This document shows, in pieces, positions 10,422 to 22,338 of a stretch of 64,000 nucleotides of DNA. Location: positions 126,106 through 190,105 of the forward strand of contig CALWDW010000001.1 in assembly GCA_944376795.1 (NCBI GenBank), given 5' to 3'. The position numbers and the translations under genes are program-made. The stretch is from an uncultured Christensenellaceae bacterium (GTDB lineage Bacteria > Bacillota > Clostridia > Christensenellales > UMGS416). Under the pieces are notes generated by a model. The model made no database searches. It was given only the letters and a program-made list of their open reading frames with translations, and had not been told where the DNA came from. Within the stretch, counting starts at the first letter, position 1. Each line of letters opens with the position of its first letter.

Positions 10422-10738
10422 GGTTTTTCCTCCTATCCTCTTTTTCCAGTTTGATTTGTTCATCATAGCATAGCCGCTCCGGCAAGTCCATAGCCCTTCG
10501 GCAGCCCTAGCCTTTGCTCCGTTTCGCATGATTATAAGGCACGCAGACAGTTCCGGTCACGCCCTCGTCTCCGGAAGTTGGTTCCCATGCGCCGGCGGTG
10601 AGGACAAGCTATATCGCGTCTTGTGTCCTTGGGAGGCTGGATTAATCTGCGGTTTGCACTAGATACCGTCCCTTTGGGCGCCGCCACCCCGCCGTGGACT
10701 CCCGTCAGGGAATTCCCCCTGCGCATCTTTCGCCCGTT

Positions 10739-10781
10739 TATGCAAATTGCTGTTGAATCTATGCACCGTTCGCGGTATAAT
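10739..10781 (+). promoter_or_regulatory. argGH promoter with possible tandem ARG-box half-sites
   Basis: TTGAAT(10753)-N17-TATAAT(10776). TATGCA half-sites at 10739 and 10760 are 21 bp apart, the ArgR tandem spacing. Confidence 0.55.
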
Positions 10782-10807
10782 CATCAAAACAGTTTTAGGA
10801 GGTACCT

Positions 10808-12021
<1,214 letters not shown>

Positions 12022-12025
<4 letters not shown>

Positions 12026-13416
12026 AGCTCTGGGCAGGTCGATTCGAAAAGGCAACCAATAAAGCGGTAGAAGATTTCCATTCCTCCATCCGCTTCGACC
12101 AGCGGCTCTACCGGCAGGATATCATGGGCTCCATTGCCCACGCCACCATGCTGGGAAAGATCGGCATCCTGACCCCCGAGGACCAGCAGGCCATTGTGGA
12201 GGGGCTGAAGGGGATTCTCGCGGACATCGAAGCCGGTAAGGTCACCTTCGACGTAGGGGCAGAGGATATCCACATGAATGTGGAGCAGCTTCTGACCCAA
12301 CGGATCGGTCCCGCCGGCGGACGCCTTCATACCGGGCGCAGCCGCAACGACCAGGTGGCGCTGGATGGCCGCATGTTTGTCAAGGATGCCATCCAGGACG
12401 TGGGGGCACACCTCCACAGCCTGCAGTCCGCGCTGGCGCGTATGGCCCGGGAGCATACGGAGACCATCATGCCCGGCTACACCCACCTGCAGAAGGCGCA
12501 GCCCATCACGCTGGCCTTCCACCTCATGGCCTACTTTGAGATGTTCCAGCGGGACCGGGAACGGCTCCAGGATGCCCTGGTCCGCACCAACCGTATGCCG
12601 CTGGGTTCCGGAGCCCTGGCTGGCACCACCTACCCCCTGGACCGGGAGATGGTGGCCCAGGCCCTTGGCTTTGACGAAATCACGCGAAATGCTTTGGACG
12701 GTGTGTCCGACCGGGATTTCGTGGTGGAGTTCACCGGTTGCTGTTCACTGATTATGATGCATCTTTCCCGCTTCTGCGAAGAGATGATCCTGTGGAGCAG
12801 CCATGAATTCCAGTTTGTCACCATGGACGATGGATTCTCTACGGGAAGCAGCATCATGCCCCAGAAAAAGAATCCCGACGTGGCGGAGCTCATCCGGGGA
12901 AAAACCGGTCGTGTCTACGGAGATCTGGCAGGTCTTCTTGCCATGATGAAATCTCTTCCCCTGGCCTATAATAAGGACATGCAGGAGGACAAAGAGGCCC
13001 TCTTTGACGCCTACGACACAACGGTAGGCTGCCTGGAGATTTTCACCGCAATGCTGACAACCTGCACCTTCAACAAGGATGTCATGCGGCGCGGCGCTTC
13101 CGGTGGCTTTACCAACGCCACCGACGCCGCCGACTATTTGGTAAAAAAGGGACTCCCCTTCCGTCAAGCTCACGAGGTCATCGGCCATATGGTGCTTTAC
13201 TGCGTCAAGCATGGATGCGCCTTGGAAGATCTCTCCCTGCCGCAGCTGCAAGAGTTCTCCCCCGTCATCGGAGAGGACTTCTACGAGGCGATTGACCTGA
13301 TGCGCTGCGTCAATGACCGCGCCCTGCCTGGCGGCCCGGCCCAGTCGGCCGTATTGGCCCATCTAGCCCAAGCGGAGGCTTTGCTCGCCACCGGTATCGG
13401 AACAGCCGAAAAGTAA
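12022..13416 (+). CDS. argH: Argininosuccinate lyase
   Basis: [47 protein letters not shown]. Confidence 0.98.
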
Positions 13417-13431
13417 AACGTTTTACAATCA

Positions 13432-13468
13432 TGGCCAAGGGGGTTTTAAAATCCCCTTGGCCGTTTTT
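13432..13468 (+). terminator. Terminator after argH
   Basis: GGCCAAGGGG-loop-CCCCTTGGCC followed by GTTTTT. Confidence 0.75.
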
Positions 13469-13480
13469 AGGAGATAGCAT

Positions 13481-13879
13481 ATGAATCACGAATGGGCGCA
13501 AGTCCGCCTGTTTCACGAAAAATTCGGGGCGCCACATCCTGATGCCCCTACCCTTCTCACACCCCAACGCGCAAAGGCCCGCGCCGACTGGATGCAGGAA
13601 GAAATCGAGGAATTCCTGCAAGCAACCGCTTTGGTCGACCAGGCAGACGCCATGATCGACTTGATTTACTTTGCACTGGGCACCTTGGTAGAGATGGGCG
13701 TTCCACCCGACGAACTCTTCGCCGTGGTGCAAAAGGCCAATATGGATAAGCTGTGGCCCGATGGGAAGGTGCACCGCCGGGAGGACGGAAAGGTTATCAA
13801 ACCCGCCGGTTGGCAGCCCCCGGAGCCGGAATTGAAAAGGGTCCTAGCAGCCATGCAAAACGCCCAGCAGGAAAGCTGA
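13481..13879 (+). CDS. MazG-like (all-alpha) NTP pyrophosphatase, PRA-PH-like family
   Basis: EEIEEF...DAMIDLIYF, V..ANMDK, DGKVIKPAGW. Confidence 0.8.
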   Translation: MNHEWAQVRLFHEKFGAPHPDAPTLLTPQRAKARADWMQEEIEEFLQATALVDQADAMIDLIYFALGTLVEMGVPPDELFAVVQKANMDKLWPDGKVHRREDGKVIKPAGWQPPEPELKRVLAAMQNAQQES

Positions 13880-13971
13880 ATCCCCATCGCCCCCTGGTAA
13901 AAAGCATGCGATATCCCGTCTATCCTCCTAGGCGTCACGCTATCTCGATTGAAAAAGGAGTGATTCGCACC

Positions 13972-14913
13972 ATGCGCAGCTGGAACTATACATTTCAAGT
14001 CCCCGACTCCAAGAAAGTCCGCATGATTGTACATGCGGATTGCAAGAACGAAGCCGATGACCAGTTCGCATTGGCCCATCATCTCATGACGCCTCGTTTT
14101 TGTGTCCGCGGAATCATCGGCGGCCACTTCTATCGGCATCCGCAGCAGTTCCAGCCGGATGAAACAGCGCAGGCAAGTGTTGAAGAGATTCACCGCGTGA
14201 TGGCCCACATGGATATGGATGGTTCCGTCCCGGTTCTGCCGGGTGCTGCCCGTCCATTGGACAATGAGTCCACGCCCCAGGATTCTCCCGGAGCGCGGTT
14301 CATCATCCAGGAAGCCATGCGCGAGGATCCGCTTCCCCTCTTTATTGCCTGTCAAGGCGCCATCACCGACCTTGCCAGCGCCATTCTTCTCGAACCCGCG
14401 ATCTGCAGCCGTATGACGGCCATCTGGATCGGCGGCGCTGCCTATCCTACCGGCGGCTTTGAGTTCAATCTCTGGCAGGATATTGCGGCGGCCAATGTCG
14501 TGCTGCAATCCAGTATGCCTCTCTGGCAAATTCCATCCCATGTATACAAGCAAATGACGGTCTCCCTGGCCGAACTTCAGTACCGTGTTGCTCCCTGCGG
14601 AGCGATTGGCCGGTATCTTTTTGCGCAGATGGTGGAATACAATACCGCGCGCGCTTCCAGTGCAGGCTGGCCCCACGGAGAAGTATGGAGCCTGGGCGAC
14701 TCCCCCACCATCGGCGTCTTGCTGGAGGAAGTGGAAAAAACAGATATCTATACCATGGTCCCCGCGCCGCGTGTTCGCTATGAGGATATGGCCTATCTTC
14801 CTGGCAAATCCGTCCGGGAGATCCGCCTGTATCATCAGGTCAATGCCCGCCTAACCTTGGAAGACTTCTATGCCAAGCTGGCCATCAATTACCCGCCAAA
14901 CGCGGACCGGTAA
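13972..14913 (+). CDS. Inosine/uridine-preferring nucleoside hydrolase family protein
   Basis: DCKNEADDQFA (variant of the DxDxxxDD motif), GAITDLASA, WIGG, EFNL..DIAAANVV; AAGGAG RBS before ATG 13972. Confidence 0.85.
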   Translation: MRSWNYTFQVPDSKKVRMIVHADCKNEADDQFALAHHLMTPRFCVRGIIGGHFYRHPQQFQPDETAQASVEEIHRVMAHMDMDGSVPVLPGAARPLDNESTPQDSPGARFIIQEAMREDPLPLFIACQGAITDLASAILLEPAICSRMTAIWIGGAAYPTGGFEFNLWQDIAAANVVLQSSMPLWQIPSHVYKQMTVSLAELQYRVAPCGAIGRYLFAQMVEYNTARASSAGWPHGEVWSLGDSPTIGVLLEEVEKTDIYTMVPAPRVRYEDMAYLPGKSVREIRLYHQVNARLTLEDFYAKLAINYPPNADR

Positions 14914-14931
14914 TCGGGAAGCCTAAAACAC

Positions 14932-14974
14932 GAAGAGACGATGGAACGTGGTTCACATCGTCTCTTTTCTTTTA
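14932..14974 (+). terminator. Terminator between the convergent nucleoside hydrolase and Na/Pi genes
   Basis: AAGAGACGATG...CATCGTCTCTT followed by TTCTTTT. Confidence 0.65.
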
Positions 14975-15014
14975 TGCTTTGGGGCTCTTGGCCTGCAATT
15001 CTCCATGAGTCCTT

Positions 15015-16790
15015 TTATTCTAAACGCGCCAGGTACTTCCGCTCATAGTATTGGTAGTCCGCACTGTATTTTTCGGTCTTCCCTTCATGCAGGGAACGCA
15101 GGTAGAGATGCGGATCAAACTCCGTATCCCGATCGGCCAGCTCAATGACATATACCGCAATGTTGGAGCAGTGATCGGCAATCCGCTCGAAATTCGTCAG
15201 CAGATCCAAGAATTGCACTCCAGACTCTACGCTGCAGGTCCCTTCCTTGAGTCGGTTCACGTGCCGGGTGCGCAGGGTCTCCTGCATCATGTCAATGACC
15301 TCTTCCAGCGGCTCAATGTGGCTTGCCAGTTCCGGATCAGAAGCTGTATACGCTTCGATGGTCCGGTCTACAATATCATTCACCGCAGAGGCAATGGCAT
15401 CAATCTCCGCAATGGCCTCCTGGGAGAAGTGAATTCCCTTCTCATTGAGCCACACCGCCGTATCGTGAATATTCACCGAATAATCGCCGATTCGCTCAAA
15501 ATCCGAAATGGTGTGCAGCAGCTCGGAGGCCCGCTTGCTCTCCATAGCCGTCAGCCCTTTGTTGGTGATTTTGATAAGGTAGTTCCCCGCGTGGGCCTCG
15601 ATCTCGTCAATCACGTTCTCGGTCTCCACAATTCTCTGCACAATCTTCGGGTCATATTGGGACAGGATCCCCACCGCATCCTCGAAATTCTTATGGGCGT
15701 ACTGTCCCATCCGCAGCACGATGCTTCGGCACTGCTCCAGCGCCAGCGCCGGAGACTGCAGGAAGCGCTCGTCCAGGATGCTTTCATCCTGAATTATGCT
15801 GCCCTTCCCGTTGCGGGCATTCACGGTCAAGATGGCCAGCTTTTCCAGATACTTGCTGAAGGGCAGAAGCAGCGCCGTAGAGCCGATGTTAAATATGATA
15901 TGGAACAGCGCGATACCCGAGCGATTGATGGGATCATTCCAGAAATCAAAGCCCACCAGTCCCTGCCAGATATAGATCACCACCATGAATACAATGGTAC
16001 CGATAATATTGAAATACAAATGTACCATCGCGGCACGCTTCGCATTGCGATTGGCGCCGATGGAGGACATAATCGCGGTGATGCATGTACCAATATTCTG
16101 TCCCAGAATGACGGGAATCGCAGCCGATACCGGCAGCATGCCCGTCGCCGTCAACGCCTGGAGAATACCCACCGAAGCCGAGGAACTCTGAATCAATGCT
16201 GTAACCCCGGCCCCTACCAGAACCCCCAGGAAGGGATTGGAAAACATGGTAAAGGCGCGAGCCAACGCGGGACTGTCCGAAATTACGGAAACGCTGCTCT
16301 CCATGGTGGACATGCCGATAAAGAGAATGCCAAAGCCCAGCAGGATCTGGCTGGCGTCTCTTCTCTTGGGCACCTTGGAAAACATGAAGACAACGGCTCC
16401 CAAAACCAGTGCAATCGCCGAAAGCGAAGTGGGCTTCAGGAACTGCAGAATCAGCTGACCTGAGCTGGACAGATCACCTAAGCTCAGCAGAGCCGACGTA
16501 ACGGTGGTACCGATATTGGCGCCCATGATAACGCCTACGGCCTGGCTCAACTGCATAATTCCTGAGTTTACAAAGCCAACCACCATAACGGTTGTCGCCG
16601 AGGAGCTTTGGATTACGCCGGTGACCAGTGCGCCCAACAATACGCCCATGTACTTATTTCGGGTCAGCTTCTCAAGCACGGTCTCCAATTTCCCGCCCGA
16701 TGACTGCTCCAGTCCCTTGCCCATGATGGTCATGCCATACAGGAACATGGCCAATCCGGACAGAAAGGTGAGTATGCCAAATATGTCCAT
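15015..16790 (-). CDS. Na+/phosphate cotransporter family protein with C-terminal PhoU-like domains
   Basis: Two QSSS repeats, GANIGTT and GQNIGTC, and C-terminal DFERIGD / NFERIADH. Confidence 0.93.
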   Translation of the reverse strand: MDIFGILTFLSGLAMFLYGMTIMGKGLEQSSGGKLETVLEKLTRNKYMGVLLGALVTGVIQSSSATTVMVVGFVNSGIMQLSQAVGVIMGANIGTTVTSALLSLGDLSSSGQLILQFLKPTSLSAIALVLGAVVFMFSKVPKRRDASQILLGFGILFIGMSTMESSVSVISDSPALARAFTMFSNPFLGVLVGAGVTALIQSSSASVGILQALTATGMLPVSAAIPVILGQNIGTCITAIMSSIGANRNAKRAAMVHLYFNIIGTIVFMVVIYIWQGLVGFDFWNDPINRSGIALFHIIFNIGSTALLLPFSKYLEKLAILTVNARNGKGSIIQDESILDERFLQSPALALEQCRSIVLRMGQYAHKNFEDAVGILSQYDPKIVQRIVETENVIDEIEAHAGNYLIKITNKGLTAMESKRASELLHTISDFERIGDYSVNIHDTAVWLNEKGIHFSQEAIAEIDAIASAVNDIVDRTIEAYTASDPELASHIEPLEEVIDMMQETLRTRHVNRLKEGTCSVESGVQFLDLLTNFERIADHCSNIAVYVIELADRDTEFDPHLYLRSLHEGKTEKYSADYQYYERKYLARLE

Positions 16791-17108
16791 ATACGCGCTC
16801 CTTTACCGCCGCACACGCCGGTGCGTTTCTCATGATTCACTTTACGCCATGCCCTATTATAACAGAGACCCGGAAACCATGTAAGCGAACAATTGCGGAA
16901 TTTGCTGAAATATGGACGTTTTTTACCAGAATTTTACTTTTGGGCGCATTACTTTGCCGTTAAATGCACCGGGGAAATCCACTCTGCAAAGGGATTCCAT
17001 GCACGCTGCGTCAGCGAAAGTATGCGGTGCTGTCCTGCGGATCGGCGGCCGCTTCTGCCGGCGTACGCGAAAAAAACTCCTGCGGGAAAGGTTCCTTGCT
17101 GGCCGCAT

Positions 17109-17139
17109 AAAAAAACGATGCAGGAAAACCCTGCATCGT
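17109..17139 (-). terminator. Terminator of the oxidoreductase operon
   Basis: ACGATGCAGG-loop-CCTGCATCGT followed by TTTTTT on the minus strand. Confidence 0.75.
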
Positions 17140-17246
17140 CTCAAGCCATACCCATGGCGGCGAGCCGAAAATACGCGCTTCAAGCCGGCACATCGCGCGT
17201 GCCGTCCTACACCAGCTCAGCATTCTCCCAGAAATTTCCGGCGGTC

Positions 17247-18266
17247 CTATGCCATCGTTGCCAGCATGGCGATGGATACTTCACAGTCAATCGCCTCATT
17301 CCTCTCCATTTTTTCAAAGGCATCCATCATGAACTGCGCCTGCCTGGCACACTCTTTCCCGCTGCTGCCCGCCATGTGCGGCGTTAAAAAGACATTGGGC
17401 AGCTGCATCAGGGGAGCTTCCGGCAACGGAGGTTCCGGGTTGGTGACGTCCAGCACCGCTGCCCGGGTTGGAACCTCCGCCAAGGCGCGCGCCAAATCGG
17501 CCTCCACCACCTGGGCCCCGCGTCCCGTGTTGATAAAGACGCCGCACTCCGGCATACGGGAAAAGAGCCCATAGTGCAGGATGCCCCGGATCTCCTCCTT
17601 GTTCGCCAAGTGATTGGAAACCACATCCGCCGTAAAGGCTTCCTCCAGCTCCACCTTTCGCACGCCCAGCTCTTCGGCACGCTGCGCACTGAGGAATGGA
17701 TCAAAGACCACGATTTCCATCTCATCCGGCTGATGCATCATGCCCTTGAGGGATCGGATCACGCCGCTGCCAATGACGCCGGCTCCCAGAATGGCAATGG
17801 TGGAACCATAATTCCCGGGAAGCCTTCCCGCGACCTGCGCCGCAGCCCGGTAATCCTGCTTAGCAACGGGAATACTCTGGAAAAATCCCTTCGTGGCCAG
17901 CAGAATCTCCGAAACCGTCCACTGGACCACGGGAATCCCATTGGCCAGCCAGGCGGAGAAAACGCGAACCCCGCAGTTCAGGAACGGGCGCGCAAAGGCC
18001 TGTACCGATCCCGCCGCATAAAAAACCGCGCAGAGCTTGGGCATAGACGCCCGTATCTGCTCTTCGGTAAAAACAGGCATTCCCCATGTAGAGAAAGCCA
18101 CCTCCGCCTCTGCCAGCGCCGCGCTGTGCTCGTTCATATTATCGGGTCCAATGGCGTGCGGGTACAGCTCCACCAATCCCTTGAGCCGTTCCATAGCCTT
18201 AGGGGTATACACACGGTTCAGGTTGTAGTCATTGCCCGCTTGGGACAGAATCACCGCTTTTTTCAT
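17247..18266 (-). CDS. D-isomer-specific 2-hydroxyacid dehydrogenase
   Basis: YAAGSV, GAGVIG Rossmann motif, FINTGRG, LDVTNPEP, LTPHMAG. Confidence 0.9.
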   Translation of the reverse strand: MKKAVILSQAGNDYNLNRVYTPKAMERLKGLVELYPHAIGPDNMNEHSAALAEAEVAFSTWGMPVFTEEQIRASMPKLCAVFYAAGSVQAFARPFLNCGVRVFSAWLANGIPVVQWTVSEILLATKGFFQSIPVAKQDYRAAAQVAGRLPGNYGSTIAILGAGVIGSGVIRSLKGMMHQPDEMEIVVFDPFLSAQRAEELGVRKVELEEAFTADVVSNHLANKEEIRGILHYGLFSRMPECGVFINTGRGAQVVEADLARALAEVPTRAAVLDVTNPEPPLPEAPLMQLPNVFLTPHMAGSSGKECARQAQFMMDAFEKMERNEAIDCEVSIAMLATMA

Positions 18267-18287
18267 CGTATCCGCCTCTCTGTTAAA

Positions 18288-20141
18288 CTATTGGAAGACT
18301 GCTCCCTCTCGGAAGTCTCTCCATACATTCTCAAACCACATATCCTCCCGGGGAATGGGCCGCACCGGTATGGCATAGGCCCGCGCCTCGGATTCGGTCA
18401 ACTCGGCAACCACCGCCTGGGAAACAGGGTCGGCCTCCTGGGCCCGCTGCAAGCTCAAAAGCACCGCCTGCTGCAAGTAAAGTACTTCAATTAACTCGGC
18501 CAACTCCCGCGAGGTACCCGAAACCGCCCCAGGAACACGGATCCGGTCCAAGATATCTTGTATCCTCACCGCAAGCTCACGCAGCTTCCCCGTTTCGGGC
18601 TGGCAGGACGCATGACCGCTCATGGCGCGCCGGGTTTCGCCCAGAATCGCTGCAGGCTTCTCTCCATCCAGGCTTCGGGTGCCAGCTTCATACCAGGCAA
18701 GCTCCCGCTCCAGATCGTCCCGCGCACAGTCTAGGAAAGCGTCCGCCTCCCACGGGCATTCCTCCCCATGGACCGTGATATGCTGGGCCGCTCGGAGGCT
18801 GCCGCACTGTGTCTCATTGAGCGCGCTGCCGCCCGGCCGGTAACGCCCAAAGACCCCTGCGCATTCCCCAGCCGCATAGCAGCCCGGCAGACTGGTCCGC
18901 CACCAGGCATCCACGTCCAGCCCGCCATTGATGTGCTGTGCACACACAGCAATCTCTAAAGGCTCCTTCTCCAGGTCAATTCCGTGCCCGCGGTAAAACT
19001 CCACCGCGTCAGGGTTCATGTGCCGGAGCCGGGCAAAGGGCGTATCCTGGGTGCAGCCGCTCTGCCGGAGATAATCGGCTACCACCGGATCCTGCTCCGC
19101 AAGCCGCACCGGTCGATTGTCAGGATTGACACGGAAGTCCAAAAAAACCCGCCTTCCCTGGGCGCGCTGGGCTACCACCGCCAGATCCACTAGGGAGGAA
19201 CCGCCTTCCCCGGTCTTTGCCGGATCAAAGGGCCACTGGTATCCCTTCAGGAATATCCCCCGGCACATGGCCGCATAGTCGGAAAAAGCATCCCCTAGGA
19301 ATTCTTGCCGGTCCCCGCCCTGGGCGTCGGTACTGTAGTAACAGGGAAGCACTTGCTGATAGGAGCCGGACAGGTTCCATCGTACCTTCAGCGACCCCAG
19401 GCCAAACTGCCAGTGCTGCAGATTATTCCCCCGTATGCCAGCTCGGAGGGCATGCCCCATGGCGCCCTGTTGAGAGAGCGGATACACCGAATCGGCATAG
19501 ACGCCTGCTGCGCCGCCCACGCAAAGCACAATCTGCCGCCCTGATGCCAAAACGGCCTGTCCCTCCGCGTCAAAGAGCAGCAGCCCCGCAGCCCGGCGCA
19601 CACCATCCACCCTGCCCGTCAGCACAGCGCCCAGCTTCAGCCCTTCCCGTATGGGGACCTGGGCCTCCTGGCAGGCGCGCAGCAGCGCCTCTCCCATGAA
19701 TTTGCTGGTCAGAGGGCCGGCCGAAGTGGCGCGGGTTCGAGGATCATGGTCTGTCTTATATCCCACATATTCCCCGTAGCGGTTATGTGGGAAAGGAACG
19801 CCCCACTGTACCAGCTTCATAAAGGAGCGAACCGAAAGCGCCGCCAAGACCCGGGCATTGTCTCCGTGCATGCCGCCGCCAGCGAAAAAGGTCTCCGCCA
19901 GCTCCTGTACACTGTCGGCCTCTTCCCCCTGGATGGACAGCTTATAATAGGTTTGCTTATCGCTGCCCGCGCAGAAGCTTGTCCCTGCGCCCAGTGTGTC
20001 CGTAAGAAGCAGAACATCCCGCCCTGCCCGTTTGAGCTCGTGCGCAGCATTGAGCCCCGCCGCCCCCGAGCCCAGCACCAAAGTTGCAGCCGACAGGTAT
20101 GGATAGCTCTTCCCACGGAAAGAAATCGTCGAAACCTCCAT
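18288..20141 (-). CDS. FAD-binding oxidoreductase (SdhA/FrdA/NadB flavoprotein superfamily), uncharacterised subfamily
   Basis: VLGSGAAG, AGSDKQTYYK, YKTDHDP, AQHINGG, YAAGECAG..G.YRPGGSALN. Confidence 0.82.
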   Translation of the reverse strand: MEVSTISFRGKSYPYLSAATLVLGSGAAGLNAAHELKRAGRDVLLLTDTLGAGTSFCAGSDKQTYYKLSIQGEEADSVQELAETFFAGGGMHGDNARVLAALSVRSFMKLVQWGVPFPHNRYGEYVGYKTDHDPRTRATSAGPLTSKFMGEALLRACQEAQVPIREGLKLGAVLTGRVDGVRRAAGLLLFDAEGQAVLASGRQIVLCVGGAAGVYADSVYPLSQQGAMGHALRAGIRGNNLQHWQFGLGSLKVRWNLSGSYQQVLPCYYSTDAQGGDRQEFLGDAFSDYAAMCRGIFLKGYQWPFDPAKTGEGGSSLVDLAVVAQRAQGRRVFLDFRVNPDNRPVRLAEQDPVVADYLRQSGCTQDTPFARLRHMNPDAVEFYRGHGIDLEKEPLEIAVCAQHINGGLDVDAWWRTSLPGCYAAGECAGVFGRYRPGGSALNETQCGSLRAAQHITVHGEECPWEADAFLDCARDDLERELAWYEAGTRSLDGEKPAAILGETRRAMSGHASCQPETGKLRELAVRIQDILDRIRVPGAVSGTSRELAELIEVLYLQQAVLLSLQRAQEADPVSQAVVAELTESEARAYAIPVRPIPREDMWFENVWRDFREGAVFQ

Positions 20142-20149
20142 GACGCCTC

Positions 20150-20905
20150 CTAGAGCTGCGGGATATGCAGGCCGCCGTCCAGCTGAATCACCTGTCCGTT
20201 GGCATATGCCAGCGCGCCGCTTGCCAACACCGAAACAGCATTGGCAATATCCTCCGGCTTGCCCCAGCGAGGATTGGGGATCAATCCGCCTTCGATCAGC
20301 GCATCGTACTTGTCATGCACGCCTGAGGTCATATCGGTCTCAATGACGCCGGGCCGGATCTCATAGACGCCAATTCCCAGCGGTGCCAGCCGCGCCGCAA
20401 AAAGCTGGGTGGCCATGGAAAGCGCCGCCTTGGACATGCAGTACTCTCCCCGGTTGAGGCTGATGGCCTCCGCGGAAATGGAAGAAATGGTGACAATGCA
20501 GCCCGATTTCTGCTGGGCCATTATGCCGGCTACCCGCTGGGTCATGAAGAACGCGCCACGGCAGTTGACATCCATCACCTCATCGTAGCTCTCCGGCGTC
20601 ATCTCCAGAATGTCCCGCCGTTCGCGGGGCGCCATGCCCGCGTTATTGACCAGCACGTCGATCCGGCCAAACCATTCCATGACCTGCTGCACGGCCCGCT
20701 CACGGTCGGCATCTACCTTGTTATTGGCCCGGATATATCGAATACCCTCCGCCTCCAGTCCCGCAAGATCCCCTGCCGCAGCCTCTGGAGAACGGGTTCC
20801 CGTAATAACCACCTGGTAGCCGTCCGCCCGCAGCCGCAGGGCCACCGCCCGGCCAATGCCGCGCAGCGCGCCGGTGACCAGGGCTACTTTTTCCGCATTG
20901 CACAT
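20150..20905 (-). CDS. Short-chain dehydrogenase/reductase (3-ketoacyl-ACP-reductase-like)
   Basis: TGALRGIG, NNAG, YCMSK, RPGVIETDMT. Confidence 0.9.
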   Translation of the reverse strand: MCNAEKVALVTGALRGIGRAVALRLRADGYQVVITGTRSPEAAAGDLAGLEAEGIRYIRANNKVDADRERAVQQVMEWFGRIDVLVNNAGMAPRERRDILEMTPESYDEVMDVNCRGAFFMTQRVAGIMAQQKSGCIVTISSISAEAISLNRGEYCMSKAALSMATQLFAARLAPLGIGVYEIRPGVIETDMTSGVHDKYDALIEGGLIPNPRWGKPEDIANAVSVLASGALAYANGQVIQLDGGLHIPQL

Positions 20906-20917
20906 GTGACGCGCCTC

Positions 20918-22237
20918 CTACTTCTTCATGATATACTGCCGGTACAGCGGCAGGTAAATCTCCTGATCCCGCACGGGACAGCCCGTCACCGAACCCGCCC
21001 GCATCAGCATGGTGCATTTCCCGCAGGCGAGGCATGTCGTCTTGGAATCCAGGCCGCCATGGCGGAGGATATCATTGGCAAAGTTGGGATTGGCAAAGGA
21101 CTGCCGTCCAAATCCCGCCACCTTGGCCCAGCCTTCCTTCACGGCGCCGGCCGCTATGTAGGGAGAAAATCCTCGCAGGTAACTGTAACCCGTTCCCACG
21201 CAAACCACCTGCGGATAGGCAGCCTGGGCAGCGCGCACACCGCTCTGGAGCCGCGCCACGCCGGCCAGCGGAGGCTCCGGGGGCACATAGCCTCCTGTGG
21301 CATAGGGCCGGTTGACGTGGGGATTATAATAAGGCGTCCCCATGGTAATGTTAAAGAGGCGCTCACCCCGTGCTACCAATTCCCCCATAAGCTGGAGCGG
21401 CTCGGTAAAGTCCGGCTGGCCATTCTCATCATTGCCCCAGCGCCCGGCGGTATTGTCGTGGAAATTCATGCGGCAGGCCAGGATATAGTCGCGTCCGACC
21501 TTCTCCCGGGCGGCGTCCACCGTCTCCAGCATGAGGCGGATACGGTTTTCAAAGGGGCCGCCATAGGGACCGGGCCTGTCCACAACCCCCAGCATCTCCG
21601 AGTAAAGATACAGATGGCAGGCCTTCAGATCAACACCGTCAAAGCCGGCCTCCCGGCAGAGCGCAGCGCCCCGGGCAAGATTCTGCACCGCCTCCCGCAG
21701 CTCTTGATCGGTGATGGGCGGATAGTCGTCAGGGAGCTTCTGGTGCGCATCCAGCACTGCGTCATGCCAGCCGATGATGGGCGCGGGCACATTCTGCGGG
21801 CGGCTCCAACGCCCCGAATGGGTCAGCTGGGCAATGATCACGGGACGGTGTCCGCAGGACTCCATGGCGGCGGCACGGGTCTTCTCCAGCATCTCACGGA
21901 AGGCAGGAAGATTCTCCTCATTGATCATCAGCTGGCGGCTATTGGCCCGGTAGCTGGGATGCACGGCAATGGCCTCCACCCACAGCAAGCCCGCGCCTCC
22001 CCGGGCGAAGCGCTCATAGCGCCGCAGTGTCAGCGCCGAAGGCTTCCCGTCCGGTTCTCCGTCGCATCCCTCCATGGGATGCACAGCCAGCGCGTTAGGC
22101 AGGGTAAATCCCTCGCCCCGCACCGGGTTGCCCAGAACGCTGAGATCCTCACAGATGGGCAGTTCCAGCCCCATGCGGGCGGCGGCGTCACGAATTTCTT
22201 GAAGGGAGTGGTAAGGATAGCCGGTTACAGGTTCCAT
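20918..22237 (-). CDS. NADH:flavin oxidoreductase / old yellow enzyme family
   Basis: PMEGCD, GGAGLLWVEA, QLTHSGR, AGFDGVDLKACHLY, YGGPFENR, C-terminal CxxCxxC...C. Confidence 0.88.
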   Translation of the reverse strand: MEPVTGYPYHSLQEIRDAAARMGLELPICEDLSVLGNPVRGEGFTLPNALAVHPMEGCDGEPDGKPSALTLRRYERFARGGAGLLWVEAIAVHPSYRANSRQLMINEENLPAFREMLEKTRAAAMESCGHRPVIIAQLTHSGRWSRPQNVPAPIIGWHDAVLDAHQKLPDDYPPITDQELREAVQNLARGAALCREAGFDGVDLKACHLYLYSEMLGVVDRPGPYGGPFENRIRLMLETVDAAREKVGRDYILACRMNFHDNTAGRWGNDENGQPDFTEPLQLMGELVARGERLFNITMGTPYYNPHVNRPYATGGYVPPEPPLAGVARLQSGVRAAQAAYPQVVCVGTGYSYLRGFSPYIAAGAVKEGWAKVAGFGRQSFANPNFANDILRHGGLDSKTTCLACGKCTMLMRAGSVTGCPVRDQEIYLPLYRQYIMKK

Positions 22238-22338
22238 CGCATGTTCTCCTCTCGCAAAGATGCGGCGCATCTGATCTTTATAGAGGTATTATATACCATT
22301 TTTCCAAAGAGTTCTACCCTCGTTTCCGCTGACGCCTC

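Noticed and set aside
10660-10730. GC-rich palindromic patch resembling a REP/MITE-like repeat
   Set aside because: Only one degenerate copy was seen, with no terminal repeats or target duplication.
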